Assembly (NCBI GenBank): GCA_043228905.1
Contig: JBHGNT010000016.1
Span: 7,006,001-7,070,000, forward strand
Source of the DNA: Azolla caroliniana
Taxonomy: Eukaryota > Plantae > Polypodiophyta
DNA length: 64,000 bases
Direction: 5' to 3'
Part shown: piece after piece, positions 37,330-52,151 of the stretch
How the letters are laid out: each line of letters starts with the position of its first letter
Position numbering within the stretch: the stretch's first letter is position 1
Notes under the pieces: generated by a model
Told to the model about the DNA's origin: nothing
Databases searched by the model: none
What the model saw: the letters and a program-made list of their open reading frames with translations, nothing else
Made by a program: the position numbers and the translations under genes

Positions 37330-40300
37330 AGCGAATATTGAAAAGAGAGGTAAGTCGTCTTCATTCCTACTCAATAGTGTGTAGGGTTATAGGTTTAAGG
37401 CCGAATAGAGGAGATTTGAGAGATCTCCTCCAGGCGGCTTTCCAGCATAGAATCGGAAAAATCATCGATGTGCAATTTCTTGGACATGCCTTCTATCATC
37501 TAGAATTGGATACAGCAGAATCCATTGCGGTAATGTTGAATGCAAATATGATCAATATTCGGAATGCAATTGCTTGTTTTGTGTCGTCGAAATCGGGCTT
37601 TGATCCCATTGCCCGCAAATTCAATGGATACCATCAAGTTGCCCAGTTCGGTACCTAGGGTGCACGATAGGTATTGATCTTTCAATGGAAAATCAAGTGG
37701 CACCCCTCTTATTGTCATTGCGGAAAACATTGTTATTATGGAGCTTAGCCAAACTGTCTTTTGTTGGTCAAATTGTAGTTGCTAATTAGGTTTTATTGGC
37801 TTCAACATGGTATGTTCTGTCATGTTGGATATTCTCCAAGTCATGTATTCTGAAAATACGTAGACTGATTCGTAATTTCTTGTGGTTTGGTAAAATGGAA
37901 GGCAATGCTCGGTCTAAAGTGAAATGGGATGTTATGACCTTACCTCGTTCTAAAGGAGGATTAGATATTATTGATCCAGTAGACCAATCAAGAGCATTGT
38001 TAAGTAAGTTGATCGTTAGAGGATTTACGCCAGGGTAAGAGGTATGGAAAGTATTATTGCTTAACCGCAATTCAGAGTGCTCTCCTCGCTTAGGTGGCCC
38101 TTGGTCAAAGGATGTAAATTGGATATTTAGGGAAAATTTATGAGTACCTTCAACCAATAGATGGGAAGACAAATTTATTACAACATTATTTTCAGCATGG
38201 AAACAAGTATTACCTGGTTTGCTTCGCAGTAAACCTAACCCCAAACATTATCTTCAATATCCCAGACAAAAGATAGTCTGGAACCTGTTGTTTACAACAT
38301 CAGATGGTTTAGTGTTGGGTTTTGGACAATGGCTATCAAGGGGAAAAATGACAGGAGGTCTTGTGAAAACAGTTTAAACTTGGAAAGAATTTTTATCGCG
38401 GTCATTGGAAGAGCAAAAAGAAATCCTACGTAATATGCATGGCGGCCAAATAATGTATCAACAAATTCAGGAAATTATGAGTAGATTTCCCATACCACCC
38501 AATAACTCTAACCATAGATGGGTTGGGGTTTTTTCAAGATTGGAAGTACTCTTGGCTGTTAAAGGGTATTTAGATGATAAGACATACCGGTTTTTTGAGG
38601 TCGATGAAACAAACCGATTGTCTCAATCGGGGGGAATGGTGGGGGAAATGGTGATAGATTACCCCTATGTTATTGAACACAAGATAAGGATCATCGGATG
38701 TGCCGACCGTAAATGGTATATTGATCCAATGATACAGGAAATAAGACCACATTGGAAGTTGTGGGTGCTAGCTAGAAAACCGTTATTCAAATCAAATTGG
38801 GACCCAATTGATTTTTCAATGGACAAATCCTTACACGGGTAACAAGTTCAATTTCTTCCAATATTCTCTACAGTTGGGAAGACATGTACTTTCATATACA
38901 CATGACGTGTTGCCAACTACATATCAATATTGGAATCAACAAGGTATTACTCCCCAGTTTCTTGCAATTTTTTGGGATATTTTATGGGCAAGAAAACAGC
39001 CACACAAAATATTGCATGTACATTGGTTAGTTGTACACCGGGCATTGCCGGTTGGCACATGGTTGCATAGGATGGGAGTATCTTCTGGTTGTACTCGATG
39101 TCATTTACAAATGGAAACTCAAAAACATTGTTTATGGGAATGCATTGAGTCTCAACTGATATGGCAATGTCTCCTTAGAATTTTTGCTAATTATTTTCCC
39201 CCATTAGTTTTCACTTAGGGCATGGCGGTTTGGACATCACTTGTCCATGATGCGTGCCATTATGACACTGAATCTATGGACCATGGGTTCTACACTAAAT
39301 ATGGAAGTGTTCATACATTACCATTGTTGTCATTACAATTTTCAAGAGTATGGAAGGAAATTCAGCTAGTATGGGAGATATTGAGTAGTACCATTGTATA
39401 TCACCTCTAGAAGACTCAATGCTTTCTCGTTTTCCATCAACTTAAAACACCACCACCTGAATTAGTTTCAAATATTTGGTTAGACATAGTTCATACTTTG
39501 CAGGGTCAATGGGATGGTATAGCTGGAAATTCTGAGGCTAAAATTGGTCAACGACGGGAGTTTCTTTCTTATTACCTGGACAACTACTCCATTCATGACT
39601 TGCAATTACGGCACGCCTTATTGGCAGTTTCAGCTTAGTCATGAGAGATTATTACAAAAAGACTATACACAATGGCTTATACATAATTTGGGGAATCACC
39701 CTCCGACCGCGTTCAAGAATATGAGACTACGTACATATCCTCTCTTACTTTCTACTTAGCAATAAACTAGTGCCCTTCATCACCATCCAGTACAAACCGG
39801 ATCATGTGGCCTGCAACGAAGGGAGGGTGGGAGGTGAGTAGGAAACAACCAACGTGGGGGCTAGTAGTTCCACCTCGGCCCGTTTTCTCCTTGCATCACC
39901 ATCAACGTGTTCCGCCATTTTTGCTAGAAGTGCAAACAGGCAATGACCATGTTGTTGGACTGGCCGCAAACCTCATCCAAAAGTATCAATAGTTATTTTG
40001 ATAGATGTACTACCAAGCCCATCGTGTTGATGATATGGTGTCAATATCATCACTTTGCACCAAATGATGGATCCCTCAATCTCGTAAGTTCCATTAAAAA
40101 TGAATGGCCAACCAATACACATCGAGTATAAAACAATGAGAACAAATGGTCAACTTATACGAGCATATCAGTGCCATCAATTTCTTACTCTATGGAAAGC
40201 TACTCCACTTTTGTCCTCGAAGAATGGCACTCCTTTTTGCCACTTTCAGCTACCAGAATGGTTGTTTCCTCCGTTGATCACAAAGGAATCAGAACTTTGT

Positions 40301-40348
40301 AATTTGTTTACACCAATGAATGGATATCTTTTTATAAATAAATAAAAA
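37330..40348 (+). mobile_element. Degenerate, internally deleted L1-clade LINE (ORF1 fragment plus ORF2 C-terminus with zf-RVT)
   Basis: VQFLGHAFYHLE (ORF1); IRNFLWFG...VKWDVMTLPRSKGGLDIID; WLVVHRALPVG...CTRC...ETQKHCLWEC; A-rich end near 40345. Confidence 0.85.
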
Positions 40349-42488
40349 CTTATACGAGCATATAAGAAAAAACAAATATAGATGGTCTGAATAAATAGGG
40401 AAGGTTGAAGTAATTAGATTTTGATTTGTTTGATTAGAATGTTCCCATGGCCATTGATGTTCCAAAATGTTAGAGAGTTATCTATGTACATACTAAAGCT
40501 GACCCTATGGAATTGGAGTTATTGTCGTTTCTATGAGATTATGGCTCTCCTAATTCATCATCGATGATCAAGTTGTATGCTACAGTAGCAAGTTTTCGGT
40601 AGAATTGCTCCTTTGTTTTCATTATTTCCCCAAATACCCTTAGTCAAACCCCCAAATTTTCCTACATGTTTATTATCCAACATTATAGTCATTGGTTAAT
40701 CATTGTTTTCACTTGGAGTTACCCTTATTTGATATTATGTAGATTCATAGAATCTCCTAGGGGGATCCTTTTTTCATTCTACCATTGCCTTATTTTTCTC
40801 CCCATTTACATTATGCTTAGCATTGTACTCCAATCCAACACATTTGTTGGAATTTCCTTGATTGACTTCATTCTAACACTGCCTCATTTTACTCCCCTAT
40901 TTAAACCACAATTATCACCTTGCTCATATCTAGCACCAAAACCTACTTCCACGCTTAGTGAATAACACTTTAAAGTCATTTCCTCCATGTGACATTCATA
41001 AGGATGTATTAGAATTCAAATAAGCATGTGTGTTTGAGTATAAAGTTGATGCAAAAGGAATGCATAGTTAGTTCTGGAGTAGGAGGAATAACAAATGTTT
41101 TACAACATTTCTATCATCATGATTGGGCAAGAAACAAAAGTTTATGGATGATTTATCTTCTATTGTTGAATATGTATCTCCATCCATGCTTCTATACGAT
41201 ATATTATGTTTGGGTGTGTTTTTTTATGCTAGGATATGCGTTATCGATATTTCTAGCAATTCAATTCAATAATGCACAAGAAAAAATTATAATCTACATT
41301 TCAAAATATGTAATCCCTCATTCGTAAAATAGTTGTTTTCTTATATCGTGGCTAATGTTTGGGCAACTTGGGATATCTTTACATGTTATTATGTAAAAAA
41401 TTTCATAGTACAATAATAAAATCTATAGCTCTACTATGGTGCACATTCAGATGTACATATTGGCATTCCACTATTTTCTTCGGTAAAACAATGTATCATT
41501 TCAAAGCAAATAGGTTGTAATGCCAAAAATAAGGTGTTTTTTTCTTTAAAATACCCAAAATTGACTTCTTTTAATGTCACTCAATGAGATCAATAAATGG
41601 CAAGAAATATGACTTTAATGAGATAGATTAATGGCAATAAGTGACGAACCATGCATTCTATAATAGGAGATGAAAAATGTATTCATTGTAGGGAGTCGGA
41701 CCTGTATATTTAGAGTGTAGGTAACCAACAAAAAGGCTAAAAATTTACCTCGTCATAGGTGCCTCGATTGTCACGATGGTATATGTTAAGGCAACTATTC
41801 TTTTCAAGCAAGGCTCGGCATGACACGTGTCATTTTTTCACATTTTCCAGCAACTCGTGTTAATTACGTTTAAAACGTCGTCAAAATATTTTAAGAGTTT
41901 TTAAAGTTTCGGAAAGTGACAGGAAATATGCATACATGTACTAGAAACACCAAATTTGGGTGGGCTTGTTTTGAAAATGGCCTACACATACTTTTTTAAA
42001 GTATACAATGAAATCTAACATTATGTCAGTTGTTTGATTGCAAAAGCCCATAAGTATAAGGTTATGATTATTAGTTCACAATAATTTCATTAAATTAATT
42101 GCTAATTAGCGAGTGAACAAGCCTTAATTGAGATCATTACAAGCTCAAACAACCGAACTTGCTTCTAACTTGTTAAGTTTGGTTCATGTGTGTCAAATGT
42201 TTAAGCTTGAAAGCGTAGTGGTACTCTCTTTGATGTGGAAATAATATTATACTCAAATCATTTCGAAACACTTCCATATGAAAATGTGCATTTAGATTAA
42301 AATGAAGTGAAATGAGTTTTTTTCAATGTGTGAGACTTGATGACAAGATGTAGCTACCCGGACCCCAAGACATCTTTCAAAATTTGTGTTCTATTTCGAT
42401 AAAAAGCGATTTCTCACGGATTCAAGTGTGCATGGAGACAGTATGCTTGGATAAAATATAAAAAAGAACATTTATTCCGATGATTTGT

Positions 42489-42893
42489 ATTGTTTGGGGA
42501 TTACAAATGTTGTTAAGATCGTAAGCATGGTTAGGAGACATGCCTCGAATTAAAAAAAAACGTTAAGTATTGTGTTTGCAAATATCAAGTATTCGTCTTG
42601 AAATGTTTGAATTCAATGTGATTGTAATCAAGGTCTATTGTTGTCATTCGTTTTTTATTTTTTGCTATTAACCATATATGTATAATATAACATTGTTTGG
42701 GGATTACAAATGTTGTTAAGATCGTAAGCCTGGTTAGGAGACATGCCTCGAATTAAAAAAAACGTTAAGTATTGTGTTTGCAAATATCAAGTATTCGTCT
42801 TGAAATGTTTGAATTCAATGTGATTGTAATCAAGGTCTATTGTTGTCATTCGTTCTTTATTTTTTGCTATTACCCATATATGTATAATATAAC
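42489..42893. repeat. ~203-bp near-perfect tandem duplication
   Basis: ATTGTTTGGGGATTACAAATG...TATAATATAAC starts at both 42489 and 42692. Confidence 0.92.
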
Positions 42894-44249
42894 ACAAAGA
42901 ATAAGTTGTAAGAGGATTTCTAGTATCTACATGAGATAACATGCATTTGCCATATATGTATTTGAATATGATAGTTCTCCTTTTCTATGGAATACACTTA
43001 AGAGGCAAGTTACACACATCCACATTGGGTGGACGAGTGCCAACACTAATATATTATCCCATATTAGCTTCATAGCTTTGGTCAAGCATGTTCTATATAT
43101 AACCACGTGGGTAGATATCAGATTGGTTGGGGAAGGTAGATTGATCCCACTATTGTTGAATGTAGGTCTCTCGTTAAAAACTTGTGGTGGCATCGTTGTG
43201 AGGAAAGTTGCGATTTCTGACCAATTTTGGTGGCTGACACATCACACTTCTCCAAACATGGATTCGCTACCATTAAAAAACAAAAGACAAATAGAGCCAC
43301 TGGACTTTTCTCTCTCGTGACAATTTTGGGTGAGGTTCTTGTTTGTAGTAACGATTGAGCAAACCTTTTAATAGTTCATGAAACTTATTTTCTTCGCTTC
43401 TAGCTTTAGAATTTTTATTTATTTATGATGGATGATTTCATGATACCACAATTGTTGAGATATTGCAATGTATATTTGTGTTGACCATGTTCCTGTCTCG
43501 TGTAATTTCCTATCATGTTGAATCAACATCAGTGCATAAACCCCTAATGCAAGAAAACAGGCTCCAAGGGATGCAAGAAACAACCCGTAGGTGTAGTATA
43601 GAGATGCACTATGTTTTTAGCCAACAAGTAAAAGAGCTAGGTCGTGGACTCCAAGATGTTGGCATGATTGAGGGCCCGAGTTAATCTTGAAGCCTTATTG
43701 TAAGATTACTCAAAACTAATATCTTCTTATTAGATCCACCACCTATGGAGTTCTACCTTATTATTTGGTTCTTCCAATTGTTTGTTGGCCGGAATGCCAA
43801 AACAGGGCTACGAGCTTGAAGACTCCATCTCGGCCCACTTTAACATTGATCAAAAGTACAAAGCTTCTTTCTTTGTGCCAATTGTTGCCATGTACTCTAG
43901 CTTATTAGTGGAGAGAGACTTGTAGATTGCAAGACAATTTTACATCAAATCAACCCTCTTTTAAATTAGAAAACACATCGATCACAAATATTATATTACA
44001 ATTATCCATATCACTTGCATAATTAGAATTAACATAGTTAGCTACATTCTTGGAAGCTGAAATTTTGTCATACAACAATGTATAAATGAAATTGATCAAC
44101 AAGTTATGTAAAAATCCATGTCAATGCATCCCAATGTTGCTTTCCAAGATTTTCCATGTATATGGTAACCAAACTAATTGCATCTGAAATATATGCTATT
44201 GCGTACATCGAGCATCATATGATATCCCGATGTTGCTTTTTGGTATACA

Positions 44250-45450
44250 CCATTGAGTACATCGAACATCATATGACATTTGCAAATGACACCCAAGCCA
44301 TGTACTCCTCCCCTTCATATTCTCATTGCCTAGGTGATTATTTCACATTGTACATATTAGTCCATTTTGGGCTCTGCTACATATAGATACCTCTAGTTCT
44401 CCACATACAAAGTTTTTTTCACATCTAGTTACTCCAACGCCAAATTGTACATTGCTATAATTGATAACATTACTTGCATAGAGGTATATTTGATTATTGG
44501 AGGAAGAATTTCTTTGGAGCCTATTTGTAATGATTGATTTTCTTTTTCGGTAGACCCATTTACATCCAATAATCTTCTTTTGTTTGGGAATTCCCACCAA
44601 TTCCCAAGTTTTATTCGTCCATGAGGATTCCATCTTGTTTGTGATCATGGTGACTCATCGTTGTAATTGGTTAACTCGATAACTTATAAAATACTTGATG
44701 AAATTTCATTATCTGTGAGTGAGTATAATGAACTATACCACTTTCTCTATAATATTATTTCTTTCTCTATGCGTGGCAATAGAGTAAGGCTCTTCTTAGT
44801 TTTTTGCTTAATTTTGAGTTTTACCTATTGTTGGAGCATGCATCTCATTGAACTCCACACAAATGGTCTTTGTTCTTGGCCTTCCTCTTTGATTTTGAAT
44901 CCCGAGACATATACCTTTAAGACCTTTGTGATTAGCCAAGGAAAACATATTGTTTTGACTTGGCACATAACATTGTCCATTGATCATGTGATATATGTAT
45001 GTATGTTGAATACTCAAAACTCTTTTTCTTTGTACTACAAGTACGTCCCATTGTCACTAATGATGTACTTCAACTTTCTATACGTTTGGCTTTAAGCTTT
45101 GGCCTCCTCTTGTTTGAAACCTTTGAACACCTCTAATTTGTGCTTTATAAAGTACATCTAGACCTCTCTAGAGTTGGTCATAAATAAAACTGATGAAATA
45201 GATAGAACCTATATGTGATTTAATTTGATTGTCCCCACTCATCAATATGAGCATAATCAAGATTTACATTTCTTATGTGGTATGAGGTGTTGAAGTTTGC
45301 CTTTTTTACGCTCCCGTAAAACAAGATTTGTGAGACTCAAGATAAACATTCGTTTATGCATTTTGGTAGGTTCTTATGCAACAACTCATTCAAGTTGATG
45401 GTGAACTCACTAAGTTGGCTTATTTGAATGTGCCATAATATGATATTGTT
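44250..45450 (-). mobile_element. Highly decayed Ty1/Copia pol remnant (integrase and RT start)
   Basis: NKTWELVGIPKQKKIIGCKWVY (Copia RT N-terminus) and KGICLG-type post-integrase remnants upstream. Confidence 0.6.
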
Positions 45451-48400
45451 ATTAGATTCTAAATGAGTGTGTCATGATCTTAGGATATGTCATATATCAC
45501 TTGGGGGACTTGAATCATGTCCAACTTTATGCATCCCCTATATTTTTAACAAACAAGAATTTGGTGTACACATGCAAAGCCAAGTGATGAACATGCAATA
45601 AGGATAGGTGACAACCAAGCACAAAAGCATATTATTTATAGAGAAGTTCTAGCATTGCAAAACCACTCCATTCTACAACTAACATTTGAAATTGCTCTTT
45701 CGCTTCTTGTGTATTATTTAAAGATCCCAAGGTAAGAACCTTGACGAACTTAGATTGGAGTAGAAACAATGGGCTTGATGAGTTATACATCCTAAGCTTG
45801 GGTTTCAAATATTCTTATATGCAAAACAATTGGGGATTGTGATTTACAATTTTGTAGTTCCCTAATAGGAGATCTTGTTCAAGCATCTAACCATGAAAAA
45901 CTTGACATATTTGAATGTATGTGTGAAAAAGGTAGATACCTCTTCAAGTGCATTGACATCTCAAAACAAAAAAAATTGATCCCTCAATAATGAATTCATG
46001 GGAAGTGGAAGCCATCCGAGATGCTTGGGTCACCATTGAGGTTTATGATGACAAGCTTGAGGTTGCCATGTTGGGTGAGCCTATTTATCTCCTTGTTTAG
46101 CAAACATGACCAATATTCAAGTTTGGTCCTTGCAATGGGCTTGACACCATCCCATCGATTGCAACAAGCATATTGTGGACATTAAAAATATATATATATC
46201 CACCTAAGGGTGTGTTCATACACATGTCATAATCATTTGGAAACATTGTTAATAAGGCGCATTCTTTTGAATTTTATTTCCATATTATGAACAAGTTCTT
46301 TTGCATTCCAACATATATAAGCATGCAATAGAGAATTTTAACTGTGTAAGGGAACCGTAAGATGCTCCAACATGTTTTAGTGATATATAAGTTCAATAGG
46401 TTGGATGAAAGTAAGCCAATCAAATCCCACATTCTACTTTTAATCGTGAAATAAATTTGCAGTAGCCTATCATAATAAACAACTATTCTTTTTCTTTTCT
46501 TTTTTCCAAAGTAACAACTATGCTATTGTATAATGTTGGGATCATGAGTCTCGCAGATATCATATCGTTATATCGAGGAATTCTATAACATATCCATCCA
46601 ACTTTCACAAACACATGCTTATAGCAATCTAATACAATGTGACATTTTGTGGAAGATTGAGAACAATAATATGATATGTTCGAAATATCATCATTATTAG
46701 CATTGGCTCGTTAGCTCATTAGATCGTTTTGATTTCTATTAAAACAAAGATTGAATTTGTTTGGGGAAGCATATTATCTCACAGAGAAACAAGTCAACAT
46801 TATTTTGCGAGGATATCGATAGTCCACATGAACATGATGAGTGATAAACATCAAATGTGAATTAACCAAATATGTAAGCACACAAATGGATGGAAGAAAA
46901 TCATAACATGCATATATAGGACATGGTAATAAGCACACAAATGTGACCAAAGGCAAAAGTTTCCTAGCACTAAGAGGATTCCCTGACCTAAGGTTATGTT
47001 GAAAGAGCTTTCCAATATTATACTATATTTGCCATCCCAAGACATTACACTGCAAATAAGGATGTTAATTTCTTCGTGGGTTATTTACGATGCCAACCCA
47101 GAATAATTTCATTACAGAGAACATTGTTCATTTATTGTCGACATAATATTTAGTCTTGTGGGATTGAATGTCGTGGTGCAAGAGCTTTTAAATACTAAGG
47201 AATGAATGTTATGTTGTAAGAGCTCTTAAATGTTGTGGTCCCATGGACTTGTTAACCTTATTACCCTAGCCTAATGTTTTTTTTTTTACCAAATAAGAAT
47301 ATACTCCATTAGTTAAAATGCCATTCAGTACCCAACTTTAGTCCCTTCATCAGGTAGTCATTACCTACTTCCATATGGGCGACATCACTTATTTGTCTTA
47401 CACTCAATAGCCCACATGTTTGTTCTCTATGTGTCTCATGTCATTCACACCCCTCTTTCATCTAATGGGAGGGGGGAACAACCATTTGGGTATTACGTAC
47501 TGCCAACGTATATTCATTCCAGTTTCTGCAGCCAACGTACCCTAGCCTAATGTTGGGACAAAAGAGCTCTTAAATATTATACCGGATTTTCTATCCCAAG
47601 TAATACATTGCAAAGAAGATTATTTTTTCCTTTTCTCAGGTTCACAACATCAACATTCACACCATGGCGATTTTGTAATATGCATCCATAGCCCTTTCAT
47701 GAGTGAGTTAAAAATGTCTACACTTGCCATGAATAAAAAAAACAATGTCTTCAAGATTTCTTGGGATCCTCTCAAGTATTCTTCTTCTTCTTCTTGTGTT
47801 GTTGCTTCTCAATGGCACATAAAGTCACATGCAACCTTCCAAGTGGGGTTGCTTTTCTTCGTTAAAGTAGCCAGAATCATATCTTATTCCAGAGTTTGAC
47901 CTTAGGCTAGTTTAGAGCTACTAAAAAAACCTTTAAGAAGTACAATGGGAACAAAAATGTCCAATCGTTGACTACTTCACAACCAGTTCTATTCCCCTAT
48001 ATATTTGAGATGTCAAATCATCGAGTGAATCACTCAAAAGCACATAAACTTACGCTGAAAGCATGACCATGCTATTATTACTAGTTGCATACATGTGTGT
48101 AGTTGAGCTTAAACCTTGCATCACACGATAAAAACGATGTTCTAAAATTGCACATAACCATAGAATGTGCACCACTATAATAAATAGCTTTATAGACTAT
48201 AGCAATGAGATTAGATCAACTATGCCAATGGAACCATGGCAAACACAATATTTTATTAGTTGTAGGGGCTAGACAAAAAGAACAAGTCGATAGTTTTAGT
48301 TTCCATCCCATACTCAAAGTCTTTTGTTGTTAACATCCTCATTCCTCGTTTGACCTAGCATTTAGTTTAGTCACATTCCTTAAATATGGTTGTTTGAGCT

Positions 48401-49261
48401 AACATTTAGTTTACCCACATTTTTACCTCAATACGGTCCAAGTGATTGATGGTGCAATGCGATCATTTAGAGAGCCAGAGTGTTGGCTACATTTTACACA
48501 TGCAAATGTACAAACCCACACACACACTATGTACAATGTACATATGTTCACATAAATAGACAAAAACATGGCCACTTTTCAACAACATTAAAAAATATAC
48601 ATATCGAAGTAGCCCAAACAACCTGGATTTTGGAGTACTAACACAAGGCGTTTTTACTCCAAAGATTTTATTAATGTATTAGAAAATCATGGTATTTGAA
48701 CACAAGTACATTCGTAGCCGATCCAACATGTCACACGACTCTTCTAAAGAACCATATGAGACACACTTTTATTCCTTTGGAGAAGAACGTTCACACTACG
48801 TGTGAGACCTACCGTGAATGTCCAACATCCATCTTGACTTGTTTGGATATTGGAAGGCCTTCAACAGTGGTGTATACTAGTAAGGAATTTACAAACTTTT
48901 TTTAGCTCAAAGAAGCAAAAATCACACTAGGTATGCCCTCTTCCATGAGGCAAGACCTTGTGATGATCCATCTCACCATGTGTCTTCATTGATGTACAAC
49001 TAAGTTTGTTTTTCCTATGAGGAGACCTCCATCCTCACCAAAGCACATACATTCCTTCATGTTTTGCTTGTTTACACTGAGGAATGAGTTTCACCCGCGT
49101 AATATATATAGAAAGATAAGATTTTCTTATCAACCCTAAGAAGCTCTAGTGCATTGAGACCATAATAGCTAAGCCAAATTGTTAGTGATCTCAAGAACCA
49201 CACATCCATTCCTCTAACAACACTTATTGTTTGGCATATGATGGCATATCTATCCCCCATA

Positions 49262-51796
49262 CTATGAAACAACTTTGCCGATCGACATTCCTTTAACACC
49301 GTCCACGAGTGGGGATGAATCTTTCGAGTTTGCCAAGCTTATATCAGCTGGAGGGATAAAGAACTCGTCCGATAATCCCGGCACATTGAATGCCACTTCT
49401 TCGATACTCCACGTTTCCTCCATCCTAGTTCTCGCGTGGTTTGTCGCTTCTCCGAATCGGTAGAGTGTAACGATAGATTGCCCTCCATGAGCCAATGCCA
49501 CACCATCCACATCCCGATAGTCTTTGAGTGTCGATTCGATCATCGTCTCCCAGTACACTACTTCCGACCCAGTGGCTTGAATCCTTGTAAGATTCGAGTC
49601 TTTCAAGCACACTAGGTAGCCCGTTCTTTGGCTAAAGCATCCGATGAGGACGTGCCGGATGATTTCGGCAGCTCCGTCACTTCTATCATTAAGTGTGGTT
49701 TGGTCGGCCGAGACCTTCAAGAGAAAGCAATCGTCATCTCCGATTCTCTTCTCGCCGATGCATCGGGCATTCGCAAAGATGCTCGCAGTTGCTATAGGAT
49801 CAAGGCCCTAGTCACATGCAAAAGACAAGGAAAAGGGATCAACAAATTGTCAATATTCAGACTGTATATGCATTAGAGTAATTTCTTCTCACTCAAATTT
49901 GGTGTCTCAAAACAATAGAATTCCTGTTTAAAGTGGCACAAATTGCAGCTAATAGGACTACAAAAGAACCTTGCAGTGCTCTAATAGAGTCTAGAACTAT
50001 AGATCTTCAATTACATAAGTGTAGTGACTTCTTTTTGCTCAAATTCAGCTTCTCAGGGCAATCGACTTCCGGTTTAGAGTAGCGCGAATCGCAGCTACTA
50101 GAGAGAGAGCCTTGACATTGCTCTAGTAGAAGTGCAGATGTGCAAAAATGAATTTCCTGGTTAGGGTATTCTCCAACATACATGTGGGTAAGCCTTGGCA
50201 CTAGGGATCACTCCACTTTTAGATGTGGAGAACTACACTTTTAGATGTGGAGAACATTACGTGTTAAAAATAAAAGGAGTCTTTCGATGGGGGCCGAAAT
50301 GGGTTCGTTTGGCCGCAAGTAGTCATAGCCTGAGAGGAGTATTAATCTTCAAAAAAACTAACAAAAAAATTGTAGTGACACTGGCATTGCTCCACTAGAG
50401 TAGTGTAGGTATACAAAATATAGCCTTCCTCCATACAATAGAACTCCATCTTTAGTGTATATATCCAACAACATGTGGGCTACTCCATATTCATAATTAA
50501 AAGAATGTAGATGGAGGCCAATTAGTTACCTGAAGGGCTCTTCTGAGGGGGCGAACCGGTCCTTTGGCCGCATGTGCTCCTAGCCATGGAGTATGTCTCC
50601 ACACGAGCTTCCCGTTGCTTCCCGCTTTAATAGTGGTGCCCCCTAGGGCCAATTCCATGTACCACTTCTCGGGCCTCATGTGCCATAACACAAACCACCC
50701 ATCCTCGGCCGATTTGGGCGGGATCTTCGCCACCCGCATGCCGGTTTCACACTCGGATGTCACCATCCTCACCTTGCCTGCGACATAGGAGCTGTGGAAA
50801 GATGAATGGAGCTTCTTCGCAGCAGCTCCCGTAGTAGCCGCAATGTATTGGTGCACTATGTATTGGGCCGACGACGCCTCCTACAAGAAATAAAAATCCA
50901 AATTGAAACATCATATGGATTCTGGTCTTTTATTTTCTGGTTTTAAATGCTCATTTTAACATGTGATTAAGGTTATAGAACATTAAACATTAAGCTCATT
51001 TCTGATTAAGGACATGGATTTGAGCAAAGAGATTTCCCAAAGAAATATATGTAGCACTACATTGTCTATGTTAAATCCCACTCTAGCATGTGATTAAGGT
51101 TAAACCCTAAACCATGGAAAACTATACCTTAAATACTAAGCATTTACCTCTGAATACTAACCACTATACCAAAACTATACCCTAAATACTAAGCATTAAC
51201 CTCTAAATACTGAACACTAAACACAACAAAGAACCTAAACCTAAACCTAACAAACACAAAACACTAGCACTAACACTGAAGCCTAAAAGATCTTGAATAA
51301 GGCCTAAATTCCAAACACCAAACCCTAATCCTAAACCCTAGATCTTATTAGCAAACAAGAAGGTGTTTTCAAAGAGATGGAGAGGAGGAGGGAGGCATAC
51401 AATGCACATGTCTTTGAAGGACAGATGAGGAAGAGGAAGAGGATTTGGGGAAGAGTAAGCGGGTAGTGGAGCCAGAGGGCACCCGAGAACTCCGAGAAGG
51501 AGAACCCTAGAATTCAATGTTTTCTGCTTCTTCTTCATCATCCTTTTCTTCATAGCCATATTCGACTGTAATCCCGACGATCTCTTCATCCATGATTTGA
51601 TGGAAACCCAAGAGCTTAATTTCCCGCGTGAAGAATAGATCCCCACTCCATCATCACCATCATCATCGTCGTCTTCTTCTTCTTCTTCTTCTTCTTCTTT
51701 TTCACACTCAGGGACAGGTCCTTCGATCAATGGAGACAGGGATTCTCCCATCTGAAGGGATACGGAGGGGCAGGATTTCTTCTTGGAGAGCCTCAT
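49262..51796 (-). CDS. DUF620 family protein (BDR-like); exons 51401-51796, 50530-50880, 49262-49807; ~430 aa
   Basis: LSPLIEGP, LLLGVLGCPLAP, EASSAQYIVHQY, VWRHTPWLGAHAAKGPVRPLRRALQ|GLDP and TRMEETWSIEEVAFNVPGLSDEFFIPP. Introns are phase-0 GT-AG. Confidence 0.93.
51100..51340. repeat. Degenerate telomere-like (AAACCCT/AACACTA) array in DUF620 intron 1
   Basis: Repeated AAACCCTAA, AACCTAAA and AATACTAA units. Confidence 0.55.
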
Positions 51797-52151
51797 GGGC
51801 AATGCAGGTTATGTAGAGTCGGCCCTAAAAAATCACTCCCGTCTGAGAGAGAGACAGAGAGACAGAGACAGAGAAAATGAAGGAATGATTAAAAGAGAGG
51901 CTGAATGGAAGGAAGGAAGATCACGGGGAGAGGCAGGGTGCTGTCTGCAGAGATTTGGCAATGGCTACTGCTGACAAGAAAGGGCCCAATTTCATGATGA
52001 TGATGGGTCATTTCCTGGCTCTATGGGAAAACTCAGAGAAAGCAAAAAAGCACACAAAATTTCTTCGTGTGAACCCCCCCCTTCTGAAAAGCACAACTCT
52101 TCATCTTCACCTTCACCTTCATCTTCATCTTCATCTTCATCTCCTCCTCAT

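Noticed and set aside
36380-37384. Several ORFs with YIHT/MYVC/ERER repeats
   Set aside because: These are translations of microsatellites.
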